Shown here: in pieces, positions 39,345-51,879 of the stretch
How positions within the stretch are numbered: the stretch's first letter is position 1
How the letters are laid out: each line of letters starts with the position of its first letter
Assembly (NCBI RefSeq): GCF_006345805.1
Contig: NC_043012.1
Coordinates: 29,512,001-29,576,000 of the forward strand
Direction of reading: 5' to 3'
Source of the DNA: Octopus sinensis
Taxonomy: Eukaryota
DNA length: 64,000 nucleotides
Made by a program: the position numbers and the translations under genes
Notes under the pieces: model-generated
Told to the model about the DNA's origin: nothing
Database searches by the model: none
What the model saw: the letters and a program-made list of their open reading frames with translations, nothing else

Positions 39345-39858
39345 TGAGTGAGAGAGCAGCGCATGCCATCAAAATGACACTAGGGTACAAATATACGAAG
39401 CCTTATATACCCATCATGACTACCCATCTGATAAGGGTACACCAGGCACATGCATCACAACCATATGTGCGCGACGTGGTGATCTCATATCAAGATAACA
39501 GCGCATGACCTTGCAGGTGGGGACCAGTTAGAATTTTCTTCTGGTCGAGTAACCCATCCCGCTCAAAAGGTCCCTGAATAAGGGTTGTTTAAGGATGTTG
39601 AACAAACCACCCATATTTCCAGAGGTGAATTATTCAAACCCCAAAGAATCCCTCTCAACACATAGCTATGATGCTCCCCCACTACTTCTGCTTGTGATCA
39701 GAGATGCACATATCATCAGCCACTAAGGGACATGCTCAACTGGTTACGGTCAAACAACTGACAAACAAATCTGTGGTATTGAGCAGAATATTTGCTGTAG
39801 CCCATCTTTTATACCAAGACAAAACAATGTACATGATAACACTTCCAATCAGTTAAGA

Positions 39859-39860
<2 letters not shown>
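39345..39860 (-). mobile_element. (TAA)n-tailed retroposon fragment inside a TTA tract
   Basis: TTA repeats on both flanks; same family as 36190-36450 and 42962-43063. Confidence 0.8.
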
Positions 39861-39909
<49 letters not shown>

Positions 39910-40118
39910 GGAAGCGAGCTGGTAAAATCATTAGTGCGTTGGACAAAATGCTTAGCGATATTTTGCCCATCGCTACATTCTGAGTTCAAATTCCGCCAAA
40001 GTTGACTTTGCCTTTCATCCTTTCAGGGTTAATAAATTAAGTACTAGTTGAATACTGGGGTCAATGTAATCAACTCATCCCCTCCCCCCAATAGCTGCCC
40101 TTGTGTCAAAATTTGAAG
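39910..40118 (+). mobile_element. SINE family A
   Basis: Head, B-box and Nin/Deu-like core, CpG-decayed. Confidence 0.85.
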
Positions 40119-40145
40119 CCCTTGTTGTTGTTGTTGTTGTTATTA

Positions 40146-40515
40146 CTGAGGGTGCTGCCTTCCAGTGTGTTTATCAAGTGGTTGACAGTGGCAAGACTGG
40201 TGAGACTGGATATGCTTTTCTAAGAAACTGGAAGATGGCACTTTCCCATGCTCTAGAGATGGCAGAGTAATCCGGGATTTTTGTGTGGGTTTTACTCCAG
40301 ATTACCCTAAACAAACTACCCCGCTATTTCAGATTCTATTTATTTCTCTCATTTCTGTTATATTTCCATGTTATATCTTTCAATGTGGTAGTATTCTCCT
40401 TTGATTGCTGTTAACCCCACGTTTTTTTGTTTTTTTCTGTAATCTTTTTTTGTTGTAACTCATCCTTCGATATTGTCCTCCATGTCTTGAGCCCTTGTGA
40501 CCCATAAAATAAATC
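40146..40515 (+). mobile_element. Probable LINE 3' end whose tail resembles the SINE-A tail
   Basis: tgtcctccatgtcttgagcccttgtgacccataaaataaat resembles tccctctatgttaagccccttgtgggcaataaagaaat at 1431-1470. Confidence 0.4.
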
Positions 40516-40689
40516 ATCATTATCATCGTTATTATTATTATTGTTAAGGAGGTGAGCTGACAGAATAACCAAAGTCAACTGTGCTTTTCATTCTTTCAGG
40601 GTTGATAAAATGAAATAACAGTGAAATACTGGACTCAGCTGAACTACTTTCATTGAGGTTCAGTCATATCAAGACCCTTCACAAGGTTT

Positions 40690-40739
<50 letters not shown>

Positions 40740-40990
40740 TATACATTATATATATATATACACACACATATACATTATATATATATATATGTATATATAT
40801 ATACACACATATATGACTGCTGTTGCTTAGTGAGTGGGATTGACTCAGTGCACAGCCTTTCCTCACTTTAAAAAAAAATCTTCTTGCACAGGCATTGCAT
40901 GATAACAACATTGATTAAGCTTCGTGCAATGGCCATACTCGATAACGAGGGGGCAGTCACCATATATACACATATACATATATATATACA

Positions 40991-41082
<92 letters not shown>

Positions 41083-41473
41083 CTTTTATTCTTTTACTTG
41101 TTTCAGTCATTTGACTGTGGCCATGCTGGAGCACCGCCTTTAGTCGAGCAAATCGACCCCGGGACTTATTCTTTGTAAGCCCAGTACTTATTCTATCGGT
41201 CTCTTTTGCCGAACCGCTAAGTGACGGGGACGTAAACACACCAGCATCGGTTGTCAAGCAATGCTAGGAGGACAAACACACACATGTATATATATATATA
41301 TACATTTATACGACGGGCTTCTTTCAGTTTCCGACTACCAAATCCACTCACAAGGCATTGGTCGGCCCGGGGCTATAGCAGAAGAAACTTGCCCAAGGTG
41401 CCACGCAGTGGGACTGAACCCGGAACCATGTGGTTGGTTAGCAAGCTACTTACCACACAGCCACTCCTGCGCC
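41083..41473 (-). mobile_element. Young full-length SINE family B
   Basis: CpG-intact copy, close to the reverse complement of 22995-23390. Confidence 0.93.
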
Positions 41474-41500
41474 TATATATATATATATACATATATATAT

Positions 41501-41529
<29 letters not shown>

Positions 41530-41531
<2 letters not shown>

Positions 41532-42290
41532 GTGTAATAAATAAAATATATGCATACATACAAACATATATGTGCGTACCGACATCTACATGTATATATA
41601 CATGCATATATAAATATATATACGTACAGGACACCACAAAAAGACGTAAAACTCAACAGAAACGAAAACGGAAAAGCCATTTTGTTACAACAGAAAGACA
41701 GAGACGTGGAACAGGACGAGAACGAAAACGGGAAAAACATTATTTACAACAGAAAAACAAGGTACAGGACACAAGGAAAAATCCCCTTCATCAGCTGTCA
41801 CTAGTAGACTTAAGCGTGTTTCAAAGGCAACACAGGACATGACTCGTCAATACTAGGCCTTCCTGCAAGAGAATTAAAATAAAATAACCTCGCAGAGGGG
41901 TAAAACAAGCACGGAAAAAAATGTAACACAAACGGGACGTAACAATAGAACTGCACAATAAAATACAAGATAAAAATACATGTACAAGAAAATACAAAAC
42001 GAGAAATAAAATAAACAAGAAAACAAACGAAAAAACAAACTAAGGCCTTTGTTCTGGCTGGGACGAAAGAGGTACTGGCGAGCGCAAGTTTTACGTCTTT
42101 TTGTGGTGTCCTGTACGTATATATATTTATATATGCATGTATATATACATGTAGATGTCGATATGTACATATATGTTTGTATGTATGCATATATTTTATT
42201 TATTACACTATTGTCTGACAGCGCTTCGCGTCGTGGTTCGTTCGAATTTTCGCTTCGTTCTGTCTTCTTATCCTCCCAGTATTGTTTTAT
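41530..42290 (-). mobile_element. Penelope-type relic with inverted partial pLTR, inserted in (TA)n
   Basis: 124-bp inverted repeats 41530-41653 and 42087-42210 (3 mismatches seen); the right copy extends about 80 bp further; minus strand carries CTGATGAAGGGG and TTGACGA..GAAAC. Confidence 0.7.
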
Positions 42291-43261
42291 TATATATATA
42301 TATATAGAGAGAGAGAGAGATGGAGAAGGCATGTGGCCTGGTGGTTAAGCTCTGGCACTCATGATTGCTACATTGTGGATTTGATTCCCTTATTGGGTGG
42401 TGTGTTGTGTTCTTGAACAAGACACTTCATTTCATGTTGCTCAAGTACCCACTTCAATCAGAGGGGAATGTTGGCCTGCTTGCCTAGTCATTTGTAGGCT
42501 AAAACCATGCAAAGTGCATTGTGATCAGCGATGTGTTACAACACCTGATAGCCTGGTTGATCATGTGATTTCTATATATATATATACATACAGTAGGCTT
42601 CTTCCAGTTTTCATCTACCAAATCCATTAACAAGGCTTTGATCGGCCCCAAAGCTGTAAGAATAGACACTTGCCCAAGGTGCGATGCAGTGGGACTGAAC
42701 CTAGGACCATGTTGTTGAGAAGCAAACTTCTTACCACAAAGCCACATCTGCACCAACACATTTAAACATAAACAATAAAACAATTAAAATTGAAAACAAT
42801 AAACTTCCACAATAGGGTAGACAGTACCACTCAAGGTCAACAAACTATCAAGGACCACCAACCATTAAGGGTGCCATAGGGAGTTGTCTCTCTCCCATGC
42901 ATTCTCTCCAGTTACCAGCTTACCCACATGATGAAGGTCTGAAATTTGGAAGGAAGACTTCATCAGATGGGTAGTCATGATGGGTATACTGGGCTTCGTA
43001 TATTTTATCCCAGTGTCACATTGATGGCATGCACTGCTCTCTCACTCAATAATAATAATAATAATTCAAACCTCAGGGGGACGACAAGCAAAGTTGACTT
43101 TGATGGGTCTTGAACTCTGAACAATCGAAGATTGTTACTAAATGCAACTGAGCATTTTGTTCAGTACTTGAATCCAATTCTGACCTTCCCTACTCTGAGG
43201 ATACTAAAAATAATGAAAGGCAACACATTTGTACAAAGAGAGAGGACGAGAGAAAGATAGA

Positions 43262-43550
43262 GAGACAGAAAGGTGCATGCAGTAAGAGAGAGGCAGAGAT
43301 AGAGAGGTGCAGTGAGAGAGACAGGGAGACATGAGAAGAGAGAGGTGCAATGAGAGAGATAGAGACATGGGGAATAGAGAGGTGCAGTAGGAGAGACAGA
43401 GAGACATTGGTATAGAGAGGTGCAATGAGAGAGATAAAGAGACATGGGGAGAGAGAGGTGCAATGAGAGAGATAGAGATACACGAGAATAGAGAGGTGCA
43501 GTAAGAGAGACAGGGAGACATGGGGAGAGAGAGGTGATGTAGTAAGAGAG
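43262..43550. repeat. GA-rich minisatellite, ~35-37-bp unit (agagaggtgcaatgagagagatagagacatgggga)
   Basis: About 8 imperfect units. Confidence 0.9.
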
Positions 43551-44392
43551 ATAAACAAAAGGACAGCTATGTAAGAGGAAGACGGTGTAAGGGAAGACAT
43601 TACCTCTTATGCTTGACTCATACTTTATTGTGTCCAACCCAGAATTACAAAAACAAAGATGGCTGCCATAATGACCCTCCCCTCCCAAAATAGAAAATCA
43701 AAATAAGTTTTCTGATTTAGGAACAAAATGAGAAATCTTGATAGAAGGAGTTTAATAGAAACCCTCAATCCTAGTACTTGACCAGGACTTTATTTTATTG
43801 ACCCCTGGAAGGAATGAAAGGCAAACTTCACCTCAGTAGAATTCAAACACGGAACTGAGAGAGATGGGACAAAAATTGATAAACCATTTTGTCCGACACT
43901 CTACCAATTCTGCCAGTCTCTGGCCATTTCTGCCCTTCCATAATTTCTTACAAAAGCACAAGGCCAGAAAAGTGGGTGGGTTGAGTGGGTGGGCAAGTGG
44001 GTGGGCAAGTGGGGTATAAGAGTCCATGGAATTGAGCCCTGTCTATATAAGGAATTAGATGTGGAAGAGATGGTAGGGGTGGCCATAAGGGGACAGTGAT
44101 TGATTAAGGGATTCCAGTACACAAAAAAATCCCTCCTCCCCACCCCATCCCCAATAATCTTTCTGGTTTTCTTCAAGAAAGTTGCCTCTTTTTCTCTTCC
44201 CTCTTCTCTTTGTCTCTCATTTCTTTTATTGCACCACCACCACCTTCATCGCATAGCTTATCTCTCTCTCTCTCTCTCTCTTTCCGTGTATTTCCCTAGC
44301 TCTCCCTCTTGCTGCACCTCCCTCTTGTTCTTTCTCTCTCACTCCACTTTTCTGTCTCTCTCTCTCTAATTCTTTCCCTTCTCACTCTCTCT

Positions 44393-44428
<36 letters not shown>

Positions 44429-45767
44429 AACATACACCACCACCACCACCACCATCATTGCTGCTGTTGGTACACAGCAATGATTAAAAAGCAAGGGATG
44501 CTGGGATGGTTTGGCTGAGCTGATGGTGAGGTGGAGGGGAACTAAAAGTGCCTACTGTGCTAAGTCAAAGTGATGGCGTTGGTGGTGGTGGTGGTGGTGG
44601 TGGTGGTGGTGGTGTGGTGGTGGTGGTGGTGGTGGTGGTGGTGGTCTACAGTAATGTTACAAACTGCTTGCCTGATGATATTGCTGGTGGTGGTAGTGAA
44701 TGGGAGGGAGGGAGTGTGTGTGTGTGTTGGTGTAGGAATTAAGGAAGTAGGAAGACTGAATAAAGACAGAACATACCAAACTAGGAGCAAAAATGGCTAA
44801 AAGATGAACAGAATTCAAAACATTTGCTGGCAGCAGCAGCAACAACAACAACAACAGAAACAAAGATTTCAAAGAAACTTTCTCCACATGTTAACTGGAA
44901 TGAGAGAGAGCATTGTGTGTGTGTGCGTGCGCGTGTGTATAAAACTATACATGTGTGTATATTATATACATATATATATATATATACTCACACATATGTA
45001 TTTTGTACTAATTTGAACCTTATGTGTGTAGTGATGTGTCTAGTCAGTCTGTGTGTTGGGTTTCATACATCCTTTTTGTCATATGACTAATGTGTGCGTT
45101 TGTGTGTGTGTGTGTGTGTGTGTGCATATATACATATATATTGTGTTTGTATGCATATATATATATGGATGCTATCAGCAAAACTGAAGTGGATGATAAG
45201 CAATTTCAATGTTTACACAACAACAACAGCAACAACAATGAACCAAGGAAGAGTCCATGAGGTTGCTAAACAAGTTAGGAAAAATAATAGCAACCAAGGA
45301 AAGGGAAGTCCTATCGGCTTCTAAAAAGTTTGGATGATCATGGCTGGATTGCCTTTGATCATTGGTCTGCTTATTCAAGGTTGGCCTGGGGTTAAATGAA
45401 GTTAGTAATTCCAATACCAGCATCGGTGTGGATGAGATGAAGAGAGTGTGATAGTTGACCTGCTAGAAACAACAGCTAAATTGCCATTAAATCATACTTT
45501 GTTTGTGTGTGTGTGTGTGTGTGTGTTGATAGATATGAAGAGTTGGCATGTGTATTTTATATGTTGTGCCTGTGTCTGTTCCACCCATACAACTTAACAA
45601 CCGGTGTTGGTTTGCTTACATCCCTGTAACTTAGCAGTTTGGCAAGAGATACCAATAGAATAAGCACTAGGCTTACAAAATTAAGTATCATGGTCAAGTT
45701 GCAGCTTTCACGGTAGTGCCCCAGCATGGTCACATTCATAAGAGACGCATACACACATATATATGGA

Positions 45768-46060
45768 TATCATCATCATTTAACGCCCATTGTCCACGCT
45801 GGCATGGGTTGGACAGTTTGATTGGGCTGGTATGCTGGAAGGCTGCGCCAGGCTCCAGTCTGATTTGGCATGGTTTTCTACAGCTGGATCTCCTTCCTAA
45901 AGCCAACCACCCTGAGAGTGTAATGGGTGCTTTTCCATGTCGACCGGCATGGGTGCCATTTGCATGACACCAATATCTGCCACAACTGTTATTTTGCTTG
46001 GCTTGATGGGTCTTCTTCTCAAGCAGGACATAATACCAGAGGTCTTGGTCATTGCCTTCC
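45768..46060 (-). mobile_element. RTE 3'-UTR fragment with (GAT)n tail
   Basis: catcatcatttaacgccc..gcatgggttggacag..ctacagctggat, homologous to 6654-6960. Confidence 0.8.
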
Positions 46061-46156
46061 TCAGCCACCTGGCCTCCATGAGGCCCCTTTTGAAAGGAAC
46101 TCAGCCACCTCGCCTCCATGAGGCCCCATTTGAAAGGCACTCAGCCACCTCACCTC
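46061..46156. repeat. 40-bp tandem duplication x2.4
   Basis: tcagccacct(g/c)gcctccatgaggcccc(t/a)tttgaaagg(a/c)ac at 46061, 46101 and partial at 46141. Confidence 0.92.
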
Positions 46157-46662
46157 TGTATATATATTTTCCAGCAATGGCTCTGATGAAAATAGCCTGA
46201 ATTTTCTTTGGTCGTTCAATTTGCCTCAAATGATCATTAGACCAGTTGAGTAAACCTATCAGTAATGTACCTATAATAAATACTGGAAACAGCTCTAAGC
46301 CAAATTTACTCTAAGAAAGGAATTATATATAATAACCATTATTTTTTAACTTGCCTCATAGACATACATACAGGTATACATGTGTGTGTGTGTGTGTGTG
46401 TAATTATTCTTAAACAAGAATATGATTGACAGTGATTTCGAAGGTTCAACCAACTAAACCATCATCTGGCTGGGTTGCTCAGAAAATTTTAACTAAACAG
46501 AGAGTATAGAAAGCCAGTTGGAAGCCAAATGTATGACAATCCAGTGATGGCTTATCTGGCTAAAACTTCATGGTCCCTGTCAATGATATTCTTCTTGTAG
46601 AATAATAAATCTGTTCTCTACCAAAAGTATTGAGTAATTCTTTAATTTAATGTAAAATTGTT

Positions 46663-47072
46663 TAGGCGTGGGAGTGGCTATGTGGTAAGTAGCTTGCTTA
46701 CGAACTACATGGTTCCGGGTTCAGTCCCACTGCGTAGCACCTTGGGCAAGTGTATTCTGCTATAGCCTCAGGCCAACCAAAGCCTTGTGAGCAGATTTGG
46801 TAGACATAAACTGAAAGAAAGCCGTCATATATATGTATATATATGTGTGTGTGTGTGCATGTGTATGTTTGTGTGTCTGTGTTTGTCCCCCCACCGTCGC
46901 TTGACAACCGATGCTGGTGTGTTTACGTCCCCCGTAACTTAGCAGTTCGGCAAAAGAGACCAATAGAAGAAATACTAGGCTTACAAAAGAATAAGTCCTG
47001 AGGTCAATTTGCTCAACTAAAGGCAGTGCTTTAGCCTGGCCACGGTCAAATGACTGAAACAAGTAAAAGAAT
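46663..47072 (+). mobile_element. Full-length SINE family B
   Basis: Same head, core and tail as 22995-23390. Confidence 0.9.
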
Positions 47073-48072
47073 AAATATATAATATATGTGTGTGCTTATA
47101 TATATACTAGCATGACTGGATAGTAAGACGTTTGCTTCCTAGCCACACGCAGCCCTGCTTGCACCTTGTATGTGCACCTGTAGATGTGTTAGTGTGTGTG
47201 TGGAGGCTTGCTATGATCTGCTGGAGCACCCCACCTCCCTCAGTAATACTCCAGCATGGTTCAGCTAATCATAGCAACCCCACTGTTTCTGTATACTATT
47301 GATTTAATCAATCTCTATGGATCTGCTAAATTATGTTTAAGGTGTAAAGGGAGGTAATTAGGTAGAATAGCCATAAGCATAAACTCTCATACACAACGAC
47401 ACACACATGCACACTTGCGTTTCAGTGTGTGTGTGTGTATTGGTGCATATCATTACAAGTTGGTATGTTTGTACATGTATATCTGTGTGTGTGTGTGTGT
47501 GTGTGTTCTTTGTATCTAGTTCTATCCACTTACACACACACACACGCACACACACATATACAAGTGTAAAAACTCACCCACCCCTAAATACACACACACA
47601 CACACACACACAATTGTAAGGAGATTAGCCATCTGTGTATGTAAAGGATAGTGTTGTGGTGTTTGTCTTCTAATATTGCCTGATAACAGAATTCTTGTTG
47701 ATGTGTGAGGGTGAGAAACTAGTCCTCACTGGTCCTCGTTGGGTCGTGACTAGACAGGATCAAATTATTTTCACATACCAACTGTTTTGTTGTTTGTGTT
47801 GTTGTTGTTGTTGTTGTTGTTGGGCACAGTGTATCACGTTTCTGTTGAAATACTGAAGACAGGTGACATACCTGTATCAAATTTTACCTGAAACTTCCCC
47901 AACCCCACACCTGCCGCCATAACAAAAAAGCCATCTCATCAATAAGATATGTCGAAAAGCACAAAATGTTTGATATTATTAGGTTTGGCAATGCAAACAG
48001 TGAAATATAACTGCTATGATAAATGTTGACACGTTAATGTCTTGCCCTTTGAATCACTCTTTTACCTGCCAA

Positions 48073-48281
48073 GAGGTGGCAGAATTGTTGGGGGGGGGGG
48101 GTCAAGCAAAATGCTTAGCAGCATTTCATCTGTCTTCATGTTCTGGGTTCAAGTTCTGCCGAGGTCGACTGTGTCTTTCATCCTTTCAGGGTCGATAAAA
48201 TGAGTACCAGTTATGCACTGGGGTCAATGTAATCAACTCATTCTCTCCCCTGAAATTGCTGGCCTTGTTCAAAATTTGAAA
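48073..48281 (+). mobile_element. SINE family A (second degenerate copy at ~48345-48485)
   Basis: gaggtcgactgtgtctttcatcctttcagggtcgataaaatgagtaccag. Confidence 0.85.
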
Positions 48282-48287
48282 TTATTA

Positions 48288-48318
<31 letters not shown>

Positions 48319-48503
48319 CCTACTATTACCATTTGTTATGTTGTGACTTCAGATGCCACTACAATCAACTTTGCTTTCATCTTTTTGGGGGGCTCAATAA
48401 AATAGATACCAGTCAAATACTGGGTTCAGTGTAATTGATTTACCCTGCCCCTCAAGCACTGCTGGCCCTGTGTTACAGTTTGAAACTATTATTATTATTA
48501 TTA

Positions 48504-49884
48504 CCATCTTTCAATTCTGTTTCCATTTCTTGCTGAGTGTCTTCCTGACACCTAGGGGAGAGAAACATACTATATACATTTGTAGGCCATTAAAATAAAC
48601 ACACCAGATGGTTCATTAACAGAGTCATGTGATAGAGAAAAATAAAAGATAAAGTAAAATAAAATAAAGGGGGAAAAGGAAAGAAAATTAACATTGACAA
48701 TACTCTTAATACGTGTGACGAACCAGTGAAGACAATCTTTTGTGCGTCCTGCATGGATGTGAGCCGGGGATCGTTCTTAAATGATTTTGAATTCCATTTT
48801 TGATCATTCCAAGTGCTCCCACTGGTATTGTAACTGTCTTGAGATGCCTCATCTTTTTGATTTTGAATAGCAAATCTTTATATTTTATGAGCCTATCAAA
48901 TTCTTTTACTGAGATATTATAGTCACAGGGTATGCTCATATCAATCAATAAACAGACTTTATTGTTTTGCTCTTTCACAACCATATCTGGTTTGTTTGCT
49001 GTTACGGTCTGGTCTGTACATACTGGGATGTCCCAAAGAATAGTTACATTTTCTCCCTCAGTTACCGCCTCAGGGTGGTGCTTGTACCATTTGTCAGCAG
49101 TTTTGATTTTATGACGCCAACATTTTATCCAGTGTAGATATTGGCCAACTCTGTCATGTCTTGATTTGTACTCTACAGGTGCTAAAACTGTACATCCAGA
49201 GATTAGGTGGTACACTGTTTCAATCCCATCATTGCAGTATTGACACTTTGGGTCTACACCATTTTTCATTACATTGGTTTCATAGTTCTGGGTCAAGAAG
49301 CTCTGATCCTGAGCAGCTAAGATAAAGCCTTCACTCTCTGCCTTTAGCCCTGAGCTCTGTAGCCACTGATGGGTGTGTTTCTGGCCTACATTAGCTTGTT
49401 TGCTACTGGCTATATGCAAAGGTTTTTGTTCCCACCTATCAGCCAATTGTTAAAGCATATTTTGCTTTGCTATTGATTTCACCTTCTTTGCAACTACAGT
49501 TGCCACACTTCCATCGTGCTGTTTGATCTGGGTATTATGCATAAACTCACTTGAAAATATTTTGCTCTCCTTCATAACAGAATGAAGCTTCTCATGTCTT
49601 TCATGGTTTTCAATAAGCTTTAGCATCCAATCGTTAGATGTTTCAAGATATTTTACCAGTCCACTTGTGGTTTTGTAAAAGATTTCAAATTGGATCAATC
49701 TTCGACCTCCTTGAGCTGTGGGTAGGTAAAGATGATCAGCGTCTGCCTTTGGGGGGTGCATTTTATTGCAAGTCAGCAGCTTACGGATTTTCCTGTCAAT
49801 CTTCTTTATTTCGCTCATATTCCAGTTCAACACATTGAAACTGTAAATAACAACCAAGACTGTTAAGGAATTTGTAGCTAACAC
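48504..49884 (-). mobile_element. 5'-truncated Dong/R4-clade LINE (post-RT region, CCHC knuckle, RLE endonuclease)
   Basis: AAQDQ, CQYC..ETVYHLISGC (CCHC), YKSRHDRV, ILWD, ANKPDMVV..LLIDMSIP; GGRRL motif upstream; (TTA)n on both flanks. Confidence 0.95.
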
Positions 49885-50214
49885 TTATTATTATTATTAA
49901 TAGTAATGCCACTTTGTGAGTACAATGTTTCTTTTCTTTCACATAAAAAGCACCAAGCCCATTCTACCCTCCTAATGCCAACCACTTTACAGTATGGACT
50001 GGGTGCTATAACATAGCAGGAGCACTTCTACATGGCTCCGGCACCAGCGCTTTTTATGTGGCACTGGCACAAGTCCTTTTACATGGCACCAGCATCGACA
50101 AACCCACAAAACTAGGCTGAGAGACGGATGTAGAGGACTGCATGCATGGCCAGCCATGATTTTATTTAGCTTGATGTCTCTTCTCAAGCACAGCAAGCCA
50201 CCAGACTGGTAGTA

Positions 50215-50535
50215 TATAGGTAATGGGGCTTCAAAAAGGGGTCTCAGAGAGTAGCGTCCCTGCCTTCATGAGCTAGTTTTCCACCACATTTCTTAAAAAT
50301 CATGGTAGAGGCCTTGGTCTCGGGACCACTCCTGTCTAGAAACTGAGGTTGGGGGTAAGCAAGGGTATTGCTCCCAGTAGAAAATCCAGCTCCAAAAAAA
50401 AGCCTCATGATAGCAAAGGAGAATGGGCACCAGCCAGCCCAAAGGTTGGAGTGGGCAGCACTTACGTACTTTGGTTGCTATGGCTTTGAGGAAGATCCAG
50501 TCACCCAGATTTTAGACACTGGATGATGATGATGA
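50215..50535 (+). mobile_element. (GAT)n-tailed short interspersed element
   Basis: GC-richer block ending in gatgatgatgatg; resembles RTE-associated non-autonomous elements. Confidence 0.4.
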
Positions 50536-50779
50536 TGGTGGTGGTGGGGGTGGGGGGTTATATACACATACGGTCAGTTTTCACTTAACACTGTCAATAG
50601 GTTTAGAAATTTGACTTTTCGTCTTTTAATGAAACATCATCAAACACAAACACTGACTGCTTTTGAAGGCAGCAGATTTTGTAAGAACTCACCACTCAAC
50701 CATTTTGTTTTAGTAATTTATATATTTAACCCCTTTCGCTCCTCTACTTGTCTTCACTTATAATTGGCATTGAATACCA

Positions 50780-51140
50780 TTCTTTTACTTGTTTCAATCA
50801 TTTGACTATGGCCAAGCTGAAGCACTGCCTTAAAGAGTTTTTTTAGTCGAGCAATTTGACCCCAGGACTTATTTTTTTATGCTTGGTACTTATTCTATCA
50901 GTCTCTTTCGCCAGCTGCTAAGTTACAGAGACATAAACACACCAACACTGGTTGTCAAGCAGTGATGGGGAGACAAACACAGACACATATACATGACAGG
51001 CTTCTTTCAGTTTCCATTTACCTCTCACAAGGTTTTGGTTGGCCTGAGGCTAATAGTAGAAGACACCTGCCCAAGGTGCCACACAGTGGAACTGAACCCA
51101 GAGCCTTGTGGTTAGGAAGCAAGCTTCTTATCACACAGCC
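50780..51140 (-). mobile_element. SINE family B
   Basis: Tail ttttacttgtttca through head cttatcacacagcc. Confidence 0.85.
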
Positions 51141-51500
51141 GCAACTGTTAAATAATCAGCAGAAAGACAAATTATTACAGGAAAATCATTAAAGAAAAGA
51201 AAAATTTTGAGTTCAGTTGATCCCAGAAAGATCAAACAAATCCTGCTTCAGAAGAATATTAATTTATATCAGATAAATATGGATATGATATTAATTTATA
51301 ATATACATTAATTTTATATTGATGAAATACAATTTTATGCTTTAATTTATGTTGAATTTGCTTGAAGTTTTGTCATAAGTTAAAAGAGTTTCAGGTCTAT
51401 CAAGCTGGCAGAACACTGAAAAAGATGGTCTCTTTGATGATGTTCAGGAAATAAATAAACAAATCAAATTACTGGAATTATCATCCATCATTTATTTATA

Positions 51501-51879
51501 CTAGCAGTATTGCCCGACGTTGCTCGGGTTTGTTTCAAATTTTTGTTGGAATTTTTGAAAAGTAAAAATTTCGTATCATGTAGCTTGTTATTCTCTTTAA
51601 GAGAACATTTTGCTGATTGAAATACACCGAAAAATGGCAACACGGCAGTCAAAAAATCGTAAAAAATAGGGATTTTCATAGAAAAAAAAGCATCTTTTTG
51701 ATGTAAATAATTTTTGGTGTTAACATGGTCCAATTTGAATTTTTTCTTCTACAAAATGAAGAGCAAGCCTTCTTCTATCATACTCTCAATTTTGGTCAAC
51801 TTGCACCACAGGGTCTCGGAGGAGATAATGTTAGTTGAAGGCTACCAAACCTGCCATTTCAGCTTTATATAGAGAGAGA
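51501..51879 (-). mobile_element. Complete ~380-bp non-autonomous Helitron-type element
   Basis: Minus: A|TC start at 51880/51879, hairpin CCCGAGCAACGTCGGG, CTAG|T end at 51501/51500. Confidence 0.85.
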
